Source: an uncultured Verrucomicrobiae bacterium (GTDB lineage Bacteria; Verrucomicrobiota; Verrucomicrobiia; Chthoniobacterales; UBA10450). From it: a stretch of 64,000 bases of DNA. Under the pieces are notes generated by a model. That model did no database searches, was not told the DNA's origin, and saw nothing but the letters and a program-made list of their open reading frames with translations. Made by a program: the position numbers and the translations under genes. Shown piece after piece: positions 9,733 to 18,788 of this stretch. How positions within the stretch are numbered: the first letter of the stretch is position 1; each line of letters begins with the position of its first letter. Location of the stretch: the NCBI GenBank assembly GCA_963815455.1, contig CAWFGO010000001.1, positions 1,568,001-1,632,000 on the forward strand, read 5' to 3'.

Positions 9733-12096
9733 TCAGAATCGGAATTGCAGGCCGGAGTAAACCGAATGTGCTTCGTAGTTGTTGTGTCCGCCCGAAAGCT
9801 GATCGGTGTAATGGAAGTAGCCGTATTTGAGCAACAGGCGCATGTTCTTCGTTATCTGGCGAGTGACGCTGGCGGCGACGGTGTGCTCGGTCGCGCCCAA
9901 ACTGTAGGGCAGCGCCTCTCGCACATTCTGGACGTAGTCATTGGCCCGATAAAACGAATATTCGGCGTACAAATCGGTTTTGTCGTCGAGTATGAAGCCG
10001 GCCCCACCGGTCACAGTCCAATAATCGTTCCTAAAGTCCACGAGCGTGGGGTTATTATATTGAGTCGTGCCGGTATAAATCAGGTCAATCTTGCCGGCTG
10101 GCGTCTCCGTTTGGCTCAAAACGTATGAACCGGTGGCTTGCAGATAAAGACGAGCCAGTGGATTCCAGGTAATGCTTTCGCTAATCACGTGATTGGTAAC
10201 GACCGCTGTTCGTCCCTCGTCAAAAATGGTGCCGGTCGAATTAACCGGCGGAGTCGGCGCCGGCGTTGGAGAAGGTCCGGCTGGTGATATCGACCATTTG
10301 GCCGATACAGCCGATTGCATGAAATCATAGCGCGTGACAAACGAGATGGTGCCGAGCGCGGGGGGAAGTTTCGGGCGGAACGTAACACGAACATTCGCGT
10401 CGTTGGTGTCCCAGTCCTGGCCGAGGAGGCGCTGGTTTCGTTCCGAGGCAAGAACCCGCGGGAAATCCGAGGACGTAGCCAGCTCGGAGTGAAAAACATT
10501 ATCGTAATCGGCGATCTTATAATCGTACTGGGCCGAGAGGGCTAGCTTATCCGCCGGATACCAGTTCACGCCCGCCGTGTACTTTTGCATGAGCAGGCAG
10601 GTATCCTTGCGCAACTGCCCCTGATCCGCCGGCACCGGGACGCCATTCACAAGGGTCCCGGACACCTCGTGCTCGCGCACGTTGCCGTATTCCTCTTCCC
10701 AATCGCCCTCGAGGTAAAACAACCAGTTGGAAATGCCGGAGTAACGCAGCTCCAGTCTCTGGGCAAATTGATCCGAATTCACGGAGGTGTCGGCGGATTT
10801 TGGAATAGGCGCCGTGTAATGTGTCGGGGGCGGTGAAGTGGCGGTGTTAACGTCGAGAAAGACGGAGGCGCTATCGATCTCCTCGCGGGTGTAACGAAAA
10901 CCGGCGATGGCGTGCAGATCTTTCAGCGGAATCCAAAAAAGATTGGAATTAAACACGTGCTCGTCGCTCTGTGACATGCCGGCCAGGTTCAGAATGGCAT
11001 GGTCGTTAGATTGAAGAGTGGGGAAGGTGTTCATGAAGCTCGAATCATAATCGGGGCCGGTGATTCGCGAGCCGGAGATATCGCTATTGAGGGCAGAGTA
11101 TGAATAACCGCTGGTAAACCAGAAATTGTCGGTAAATCGCGTCTCAGTCAGGATATGCCCGCTGAAATTATCGAGATCGTTCTTGTCCCGCTGGGTGATG
11201 AAACGTTGCGCGCCCGGCGGCGCGACAAAGGGAGGAAGCTGGCCGGCGCCACGCTCCAATTGGAGGCGATTGTCGATGTTGCTCCATTCCGCCCGCATTC
11301 CGATGCCAATATCCGTCTTGCCGAAGTTCTTTAGGGCGTCGAACGAGAGAATATCGCGCGTCTCATCAATGTCGCGGAAAGCCGGCGCGATTTTGCGCGC
11401 GGAGTTCACTGCAAGACCGGTCAAAGTCGAATCACCCCAGATCGTGGAATCCTTTCGGCCATCGCGAAATTGATGCGAATAGTGGATTGTGATTTCGGGC
11501 CAATTAGGCGCTCGCAGGCCGAGCTCGACCCAAGCCTCGCCGCGATCGAGTGACAGCTCTTGGTTGGGCGGCGGGAAAAAGGTGCCGGGGCCGTGTGGGA
11601 CAAAGCCGCCGTTGCCATCGTACCAACTGCGAAATTCCGTGTAGCCACCGCGGATATAACCGAGGCCGGGCTGAGACAACTCGACCTTCACATCGTAATC
11701 GTCGTTGTCGAAAATGGCGTGGCCATCGACGGATAATGTCGCTTTTCCGATGGATTGCTCCCAATGCATGTCCTCGATGCCCCCAAAGACATCACCCGAC
11801 ATCCGATGCTCCTGCTTAAACTGCGCGGCATCGCCGTTGATGATTAGGCCGCCGATGCCCAGGGTGACCCAGTTCTTGTATTCCGGCGCTTCTTCTTCCG
11901 TTGCCGCGCTCTCGGTGGCTTTTCCATCTTTCCCATCGCTGACGGTCGATTTCCCGTCGCCGGGCGTTGCGTCGCCGTCGGCTGTTGTGCCGGCAGGGAG
12001 CGGCGAACTAATCAGCACTGCGACACAAATGCCGAGAATGGAAATGCCTGCGAAGCGCCGGACACTCGCTCCGAAACAAACGATGGTTCTGATCAT
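9733..12096 (-). CDS. MtrB/PioB-like large outer-membrane beta-barrel (cytochrome-associated porin)
   Basis: 787 aa with a signal peptide, amphipathic Tyr/Gly/Ser-rich strands and C-terminal YSGLQFRF. Lies directly downstream of an MtrA-like cytochrome; family call rests largely on this context. Confidence 0.82.
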   Translation of the reverse strand: MIRTIVCFGASVRRFAGISILGICVAVLISSPLPAGTTADGDATPGDGKSTVSDGKDGKATESAATEEEAPEYKNWVTLGIGGLIINGDAAQFKQEHRMSGDVFGGIEDMHWEQSIGKATLSVDGHAIFDNDDYDVKVELSQPGLGYIRGGYTEFRSWYDGNGGFVPHGPGTFFPPPNQELSLDRGEAWVELGLRAPNWPEITIHYSHQFRDGRKDSTIWGDSTLTGLAVNSARKIAPAFRDIDETRDILSFDALKNFGKTDIGIGMRAEWSNIDNRLQLERGAGQLPPFVAPPGAQRFITQRDKNDLDNFSGHILTETRFTDNFWFTSGYSYSALNSDISGSRITGPDYDSSFMNTFPTLQSNDHAILNLAGMSQSDEHVFNSNLFWIPLKDLHAIAGFRYTREEIDSASVFLDVNTATSPPPTHYTAPIPKSADTSVNSDQFAQRLELRYSGISNWLFYLEGDWEEEYGNVREHEVSGTLVNGVPVPADQGQLRKDTCLLMQKYTAGVNWYPADKLALSAQYDYKIADYDNVFHSELATSSDFPRVLASERNQRLLGQDWDTNDANVRVTFRPKLPPALGTISFVTRYDFMQSAVSAKWSISPAGPSPTPAPTPPVNSTGTIFDEGRTAVVTNHVISESITWNPLARLYLQATGSYVLSQTETPAGKIDLIYTGTTQYNNPTLVDFRNDYWTVTGGAGFILDDKTDLYAEYSFYRANDYVQNVREALPYSLGATEHTVAASVTRQITKNMRLLLKYGYFHYTDQLSGGHNNYEAHSVYSGLQFRF

Positions 12097-12106
12097 AAGA
12101 GCGCGA

Positions 12107-12985
12107 CTAGTACCTGAAATGCCCGTTAACCTGGGAACCGTGAATAGCTTCGTGGCACCCGGCCGACCAACATGTTCCCTGCGGTAGCCGTGTGGTGTGA
12201 TCTGAGTCCCCGATATAGATTCTTCCGTCCCTCTTTTGCTGCTGGAAATGGCACTTCAAACAAAGCACCGCGCTTCGTTCGGTTAACAGGCGCTGGTTCA
12301 CCGATCCGTGCGGCGAGTGACAGGAGACGCAGCCTTCGCGGGTCGCTTCGTGTTCGAAGACAAACGGGCCTCTTTGGGCGGTGTGGCACTGGAAGCAAGT
12401 CTCGTTTTCGCCCAGGAAAGCCATGCCGCCGCCCTTGATCGATTGGGCGAGACTCGTCCCGCCGCCTTTGATCGCCGATCCTTTATGCGGATTATGACAA
12501 TCGACACAGCCCATTTTTCCTTCCAACACCGGATGGTGGTGGGGCAGCATGAACTTCGCCCGAACCTCAAGGTGACATTGGAAACAGGTGTCGGGTGAAC
12601 GTTTCGGGTTAACGATCGATCCCCTGCCGCCGCCGGCTTTGACGTGCAAACTCCCGGGACCGTGGCAAGACTCGCAGCCCATCTCCTTCGCGTTCTCTCC
12701 CTTTGCCGTCAGTCGCGCATGCGTCGCGGTCCTGAAATCGCGGGTGATTTCGCCGTGACAGGCGTCACATGCATCCGAGCCGACAAATTCCGCCCCCGGG
12801 ATACTCGGAGGCGCCAGAATCGCGCGATTCGTTTCGAACGTGCTGCAGGAAAGCAAAATTACGGTGAGCCCGACTGTGCCCCCGGTTGCCCACAACAGTT
12901 TCTCGCGCTTACCATGCAGCCACCGAGTTAGCCTCGAGTACGACACGTTGCCGAATCTTTTACCGGAAAGGCAAAAACCTGGCAA
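12107..12985 (-). CDS. MtrA/DmsE/PioA-like multiheme cytochrome c, 8 heme motifs, probable lipoprotein (start may be GTG at 12946)
   Basis: CDACH, CESCHGPGS, CFQCH, CVDCHNPH, CFQCH..GPFVFEH, CVSCHSPHGS, CLKCH, CWSAGCHEAIHGS; lipobox-like VILLSC. Confidence 0.88.
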   Translation of the reverse strand: MPGFCLSGKRFGNVSYSRLTRWLHGKREKLLWATGGTVGLTVILLSCSTFETNRAILAPPSIPGAEFVGSDACDACHGEITRDFRTATHARLTAKGENAKEMGCESCHGPGSLHVKAGGGRGSIVNPKRSPDTCFQCHLEVRAKFMLPHHHPVLEGKMGCVDCHNPHKGSAIKGGGTSLAQSIKGGGMAFLGENETCFQCHTAQRGPFVFEHEATREGCVSCHSPHGSVNQRLLTERSAVLCLKCHFQQQKRDGRIYIGDSDHTTRLPQGTCWSAGCHEAIHGSQVNGHFRY

Positions 12986-13245
12986 TGTATTTTTTTGGAA
13001 AAAATACGGCCAGGAAATGAGCCACCTGCGAGTAGAGCCCTTTCCTGAAAAACATCGCCCGGCCCCCGCGGCGCTTTCGAGGCTTCGGCCGGGCTTGGCG
13101 CGCTGACGGAAGCAGGCACTTCGAACCCGGGCAAGTTTTGGCTCGTAATAGCCAATCCGCGCTTAGCGGAGTGAGCGCGTTGGGTTCCCTATTAAGACAT
13201 GGGAATTAGGCAAACTAAAACCAACCAACAAAGAAAGAACCGAAT

Positions 13246-14427
13246 ATGAAAGAGTTATCCTGTCAGCGAACAGCAATCACAAATCTCCTCTGCGGCCGGC
13301 ATCGATGGATAGCCGGCTTGTTTTCAATTGGCCTGATGGCGTTCCTGGCCATCGGGGTATCAACGGCCCAGGCCCAAAGCTATAGCGTCACGAATCTGGG
13401 AGTTGTCAAAGGCATGACGGCGAGCGAGCCCGCCGCGATCAACAACCAGGCCCAAGTGGCGGGCACATCCACTGCAGGCGAGCACGGATGCGCCTTCCTC
13501 TATTATAACAACACGATGAAAGATGTCGGCGGCATTGGCAGCCGCGGAATCGGGATTAGCCCCCTCGGTGTTGTTGTGGGGGATGCCTGGCTTTCCGGCC
13601 AGCCCGGACCCGGATTATTCAGTCACGCCGCCCTTTTTAGGCGCGTTGCACTGGATCTGGGGGTTTTGGAAGGTCAACTGTTCAGCCGAGCAAATGGCAT
13701 TAATGCCAACGGGCAGGTGGTCGGATTCTCCGGCCCACAGCGCGATGGCGAGAACAGCCGGGCCTTCATCTGGACCCAAAAATCCGGGATGATCGACATC
13801 GGCACACTTGGCGGAGCATACGCACAGGCCTATGCGATCAATGACGCCGGGTTTGTGACGGGCACTTCCGGTCTCAACGACATGAGTGCGCTTGCGGCGA
13901 CGCATGCGTTCATCTACCAGCCCCTCTCATCAGGGGAACAATACACCGAACCGATGCGCGACTTGGGCACGTTGGGAGGGCTCTCGAGCTGCGGGATGTC
14001 CATCAACGCCGCCAACCACGTCGTGGGTTATTCCACAACCGATAAATCCGACGATAGCGTCCATGCCTTCTTCTATGATGGCCAGAAGATGCTCGACCTC
14101 GGATCGCTCGGCAGCGTGTTGGGAAGCGACTACAGCGTGGCCTTGGGGATCAACAATTCCAACGACGTCGTCGGCTACAGTTATGTCCTCCTGGGCGGTA
14201 GTAAAGACGCCATTCAGCAAGTCGCATTCGTCTGGATTCGAGACGCCAAGGGCAAACGGATGATGGACCTGAATAAGTTGATTGGCCCAGCGGGAAGGAA
14301 CTACTTCCTTTTTTCCGCAACGGCGATCAACGACGGCGGACAGATCACCGCCTGCGCCTACGACTATGACAGCAACAGCGTTCACGCTGTTCTGCTAACG
14401 CCGATTGCGCCGGCGGCGGTGCGATAG
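13246..14427 (+). CDS. Secreted HAF-repeat (extracellular repeat) protein
   Basis: Signal peptide ending AQA; repeated DLG(T/S)LGG..A..IN..G.VVG and HAF-type motifs (THAFIY, VHAFFY, SRAFIW, VHAVLL). Confidence 0.88.
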   Translation: MKELSCQRTAITNLLCGRHRWIAGLFSIGLMAFLAIGVSTAQAQSYSVTNLGVVKGMTASEPAAINNQAQVAGTSTAGEHGCAFLYYNNTMKDVGGIGSRGIGISPLGVVVGDAWLSGQPGPGLFSHAALFRRVALDLGVLEGQLFSRANGINANGQVVGFSGPQRDGENSRAFIWTQKSGMIDIGTLGGAYAQAYAINDAGFVTGTSGLNDMSALAATHAFIYQPLSSGEQYTEPMRDLGTLGGLSSCGMSINAANHVVGYSTTDKSDDSVHAFFYDGQKMLDLGSLGSVLGSDYSVALGINNSNDVVGYSYVLLGGSKDAIQQVAFVWIRDAKGKRMMDLNKLIGPAGRNYFLFSATAINDGGQITACAYDYDSNSVHAVLLTPIAPAAVR

Positions 14428-14629
14428 TGAGACATGACCAATCATGCTAAGTGACGGAAATGGAAACGAAGATAGACAGCGTCTCTCGAAACTCCGGGAG
14501 ACGCTCCGCGGCAAGCCCTTGGGGCCAGCAAGTTTTGCAAAGGAAAAGGCAAGAGACGCGGAGCTATTCAAGGCGCGCCCGCTAGACTTTAACTACGATA
14601 GAAACCCAAAACCCTGGAGGAATAAGACG

Positions 14630-14719
14630 ATGGAATATTTAATCCTGGCCGCAGTTGGATCAATGATGGCGCTCTACGCGCTGATCATCATCGGCTGTCT
14701 AAGACAGCCCGAATGGTAA
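14630..14719 (+). CDS. Putative 29-aa single-pass membrane peptide
   Basis: GGAGG at 14616-14620 precedes ATG 14630; translation MEYLILAAVGSMMALYALIIIGCLRQPEW. Confidence 0.5.
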   Translation: MEYLILAAVGSMMALYALIIIGCLRQPEW

Positions 14720-14745
14720 TACGAACGCAAAAGGAGGTGATTGAA

Positions 14746-15072
14746 ATGAACACATTATCGATGCCGCTCCGCCGGGAGACGGCGGATGCACAAAATGCAA
14801 TCGCGGCCATGCTGACGATCGTGCCGGGACTTGGCCATATCTACAAAGGCCATCTCGCGGCCGGCTTTGTCTGGATGTTTCTTGGAATGCCGCTCGCCAT
14901 CTGGATCGGGATCCTGCTTGGCCTGGCCACAGCGGGAGTTGGCCTGGTCTTCCCGATTCTATGCTGGGTCGCACTGGGGTTTGACGCCTACAACGAGAAA
15001 AACCGGCGCCATCATCATTTGCTGCCACCCACATTGTGCTCGTCGTCGGAGGACGACGAGATGCAGGATTAA
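14746..15072 (+). CDS. Small membrane protein (PGLGHIY motif, TM2-like)
   Basis: Strong RBS AAGGAGG; AAMLTIVPGLGHIYKG followed by hydrophobic helices. Confidence 0.7.
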   Translation: MNTLSMPLRRETADAQNAIAAMLTIVPGLGHIYKGHLAAGFVWMFLGMPLAIWIGILLGLATAGVGLVFPILCWVALGFDAYNEKNRRHHHLLPPTLCSSSEDDEMQD

Positions 15073-15245
15073 CTCCGCAAAAGCATGAAAACCAACTCGA
15101 TAGCGGCAACCCGAACAAAAGGGGAAGCGGCCTCGCTCGCGAATCCAATCGGAGTTCGCTTCCCCGGGGAAATGGAGCCGTTGCCCCTGCCGCCTTAATT
15201 CGTTCAAACAAGTCCCGCTCTGTCTCGGATTCCTTTCCGCCGACC

Positions 15246-16945
15246 ATGCCGCTGGGCCAGTTTCTCTTCGAATATCTTTATCGCCGGGGCGTTCGCCATA
15301 GCTTTGGCATTCCGGGCGACTTTGCCTTGCCCACGTTTGCCTGGCTCGAGAAATCGAAAATTCAAAGCATCACCATGACGCACGAGCCCTCCGCCGGTTT
15401 TGCTGCCGACGCTTATTCCCGCATCAACGGGATCGGTCTGGTTTGCGTTACCTATTGCGTGGGCGGACTCAATGTTCTGAATGCGATTGCCGGCGCTTAT
15501 GCGGAGAAATCGCCGGTGGTGGTGGTGAGCGGCGCACCTGGCCGCAAGGATCGGGAAAAAGATCCGCTTCTCCATCACAAGGTAAAAACTTTCGAAACTC
15601 AGCGCCGTATTTACGACGAAGTCACCGTCGCGAGCACGGTCCTGCTTGATGAACAACGGGCAGCGTCCGAGATCGTCCGTTGCGTCGAAGCCTGTCTGCG
15701 GCACAAGCGTCCGGTGTATATCGAAGTGCCGCACGATATGGTCGACCGGGAAATTCCGGTGAACGGGATTTCTGGCGGCGTTTCTGAAAAATCCGACCCG
15801 CACACACTGGCCGCTGCGTTGGAAGAGACTCTCTCGCTTATCCGCGCGGCCAGAAAGCCGGTCATCCTGGCCGGCGTCGAGCTGGCCCGTTATCGGACTG
15901 CCGGTCTGGTCTTGCGGATGGCGGAGCGGATGAATATTCCGATTGCGGCCGATCTCTTGAGCAAGAGCGCGGTTCCCGAAGATCATCGCCTTTATCTTGG
16001 CGTTTACGGCGGCGCGATGAGCAGCGACGAACACGTTCGGCAAATACGTCGAATCCGCCGATCTCGTCCTGATGCTGGGCACTTTTATCACTGACATGAG
16101 CATGGGATTTTACACGGCCAAGCTGGATCGACGATCGAACCGTGCTCGCGACGACCGAACGCGTATGCGTTCAATATCATCGCTACGAGTCGATCCAGTT
16201 CCGCGATTTCCTGGAGTCGCTCGCCGCCGCGAAGATCGGGCTCAAAGATTTTGAACATCCTAATCCGCACGCGGTGCCCGTGCCGCTGAAGAAGGCCGAG
16301 CGCGCCGACGCGCTGAAGATGGTCGATGTCTTTCGCATCCTTTCGTTGCACCTCGACGAGCGCTGTTGCGTCGTCGCCGATATCGGCGACGCGATTTTCG
16401 GCGCAGTGGGAATTCGCAGCGCCAGCCAGGCGCAGTTCATCGCTCCCGCTTATTACATGTCGATGGGATTCGCTGTCCCCGCAGGCATCGGCGTCGCCCT
16501 GGCCAGCAAACGGCTTCGCCCGTATGTCCTGGTCGGCGACGGCGCATTCCAAATGACCGGCGCCGAAATTTCGACCGCGGTTCGGCTCGGTCTCAATCCG
16601 ATCATCATCATTCTCAACAATGACGGCTACGGCACGATGCGCCGGATTCGTGAGGGATCTTTCAACATCATCACTCAATGGAATTACGCCAAAATCTGTG
16701 AGCTGGTGGGAGGAGGCAAAAGCGCGATTGCGACCACGAAGGGCGAGTTTGATGCCGCCCTCCGGCGCGCCCAAAAATCCAACTGCGCTTACGTGATCGA
16801 GCTTAAAATTCCCCGAAACGAAGTCAGCAGCCAGCTCGCCCGAATTGCCGACGAAGTCCGCAAAAGGCGTGGCGGCAACAAATCGTACTGGGAACTCATG
16901 AACAATCTTCTTGGTATGGTTTTGCGCTTCTTTCCAGTGTGTTAA
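15246..16945 (+). CDS. TPP-dependent alpha-keto acid decarboxylase (indolepyruvate/pyruvate decarboxylase family); frameshifted near 16045 and 16135
   Basis: FGIPGDF, HEPSAGFAADAYSR, LLHH, and the TPP motif VGDGAFQMTG...LNNDGY, spread over ORFs 15036..16094, 16072..16254 and 16142..16945. Confidence 0.87.
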
Positions 16946-16968
16946 GGGGAAATGGGACCAGACCCGAG

Positions 16969-17325
16969 ATGGGGAAAATAGGATCGACATCGATATCAGT
17001 ATTGGTTGCCCTGGCATTGGGGATCGCGGTCACGCCGCTTTCGACGCGAGGATGCGTTTTTTCCAGTGTCGGCGCCGAGAAGGCCTGCGCGCGGAGTTGT
17101 TGCCGGACGAAGGGATGCTGCGCGAAACCGGCCAAGGAGCGAGTTCCTTTGGCACAACCCCTCTCGACCGGCACGGGTGGTCCGGAGCTTTCACTTAACG
17201 GTTCGCCAAATACCAGGTTAATCATCCATGATTTCCGATCCATCAGTCGGTGGCCCACCAGGGCAACAGGCGCGCCCGCCAATTCTCGGCTCAAGCGCGC
17301 TTTTCTCTGCACGTTTCTGATCTGA
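16969..17325 (+). CDS. Small exported Cys-rich protein upstream of a metal-efflux operon
   Basis: Hydrophobic N-terminus; C..C...CC....CC cluster (ACARSCCRTKGCC); ends LCTFLI. Confidence 0.65.
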   Translation: MGKIGSTSISVLVALALGIAVTPLSTRGCVFSSVGAEKACARSCCRTKGCCAKPAKERVPLAQPLSTGTGGPELSLNGSPNTRLIIHDFRSISRWPTRATGAPANSRLKRAFLCTFLI

Positions 17326-17522
17326 TCTAACGGCGCTCGAGCCGGAGGTGTGCCGATTTCCCGGCATCTACTGGCTCGGTGCGATCTACGCCCAGGCGTC
17401 CAGCGAATCGCGGACGCGGAATTTCCCGCTTTAGCGGGGCCGTTAAGAGAATCACCGAAATCAGAAAAATAGACATGACTAATTCAGAGCTAGTGAACGC
17501 CGAGAGAAGACATCGGCAAGCC

Positions 17523-18788
17523 ATGAAACTTGGAATCTCCTTAGTTTCATTGATCGCAATACTGGCAGGCGTCTCCGACGCTGCTGCCGGTGATCGGCTT
17601 TTGCAGCGCGAGGTCGTAACAGTCGTTCTGCGTGAAAATCCGCGATTGAAGGCAGCACAGTCGAAATGGGAAATGATGAAGAAACGGGTACCGCAGGCTC
17701 GCGCCTGGGATGATCCAATGATCGGTGTCGATGTCGAGCGGCATGGCACGACCCGCTTCGATACTTTCTCGGATAACGAGTGGATGGCGTCACAATCCAT
17801 CCCGGTGTCCGGCAAAAATATGGCTCGCGGAAGAGTGGCCGTGGCCGAAGCATTTGTAACATTCCAGGAAGTTCGACGCATCGAGCTGGATGTTGTCAGC
17901 CGGGCGAAAGCCGCTTTGGCGCGCTTCGCCGGCGCCTACGGTCAACTCGAGATCAATCGACGCAACCAGGAACTGTTGAAACAGTTTACCGAGATCAGCC
18001 GGGCAAAGTATGAAAGCGGAACACAAACCCAGGCGGACGTTTTGATCGCACAAACCGACCTTGCCAGACTGGCAGAGACCCGGGCTCAGCTCGAACGCGA
18101 AGTTTCCGATCAGCAAACACAGTTGAATGTGTTGATGAACCGGCCGGCCTCCTCGTCCCTTGATCGTCCGTCGGCCCTCGATTTCACACCGGTCGGCGGA
18201 TCGAACGCGAAGCTCGAGAGCTTCGCGTTGTCGAATCGTCCGGAGATCCTAATCGCCCAACACAAAGTTGAGGCGGAAAGGGCCCGGGTTCAGCTGGCGC
18301 GGCGGCAATGGTTTCCCGATCCGAAACTGCGCGTCGAAGCGCGCGAGTTCAAGGATTCCGGCGGAATACAGGAATATGACACGGGCATTTTCTTTGACGT
18401 TCCCTGGCCGAATTTTTCGAAATATTCGGCCGCAATAGCAGAAGCCCGAAACAGTCTCGAGACGGCCGAAAAAGAATATGAGGCGGTGCGAACCGAAGTT
18501 GCGGGGCTGGTACGCGATCAACTCAAAAAGATCGAAACGTCCGCGGAGAACTATCATCTGTTTCGCGACAACATCACTCCGCTGGCCAGTCAGGCGATCG
18601 AAGCGACCCGTTCAAGTTACGAATCGGACAAGACAAGTTTTCTCGAATTGGTGACCGCTCGTCGAACTTTGCAGGACACCGATTCAGCTCAACTCCAACA
18701 TCTGATCGACCACGAAGTGGCCGTCGCGGAGCTCGACGCGATTATTGGGCGAACTAACCGGCAAATCGAACAGGGAGATTCAAAATGA
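17523..18788 (+). CDS. TolC/CusC-family outer-membrane efflux protein (alternative start 17475)
   Basis: Signal peptide; ENPRLKAA; KYESG..QADVL; SYESDKTSFLELV; overlaps the start of the adaptor gene. Confidence 0.88.
   Translation: MKLGISLVSLIAILAGVSDAAAGDRLLQREVVTVVLRENPRLKAAQSKWEMMKKRVPQARAWDDPMIGVDVERHGTTRFDTFSDNEWMASQSIPVSGKNMARGRVAVAEAFVTFQEVRRIELDVVSRAKAALARFAGAYGQLEINRRNQELLKQFTEISRAKYESGTQTQADVLIAQTDLARLAETRAQLEREVSDQQTQLNVLMNRPASSSLDRPSALDFTPVGGSNAKLESFALSNRPEILIAQHKVEAERARVQLARRQWFPDPKLRVEAREFKDSGGIQEYDTGIFFDVPWPNFSKYSAAIAEARNSLETAEKEYEAVRTEVAGLVRDQLKKIETSAENYHLFRDNITPLASQAIEATRSSYESDKTSFLELVTARRTLQDTDSAQLQHLIDHEVAVAELDAIIGRTNRQIEQGDSK

Noticed and set aside
15102..15193. TPP riboswitch upstream of the TPP-dependent decarboxylase
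   Set aside because: A stem exists (ggggaagcg/cgcttcccc), but the conserved CUGAGA core is absent.
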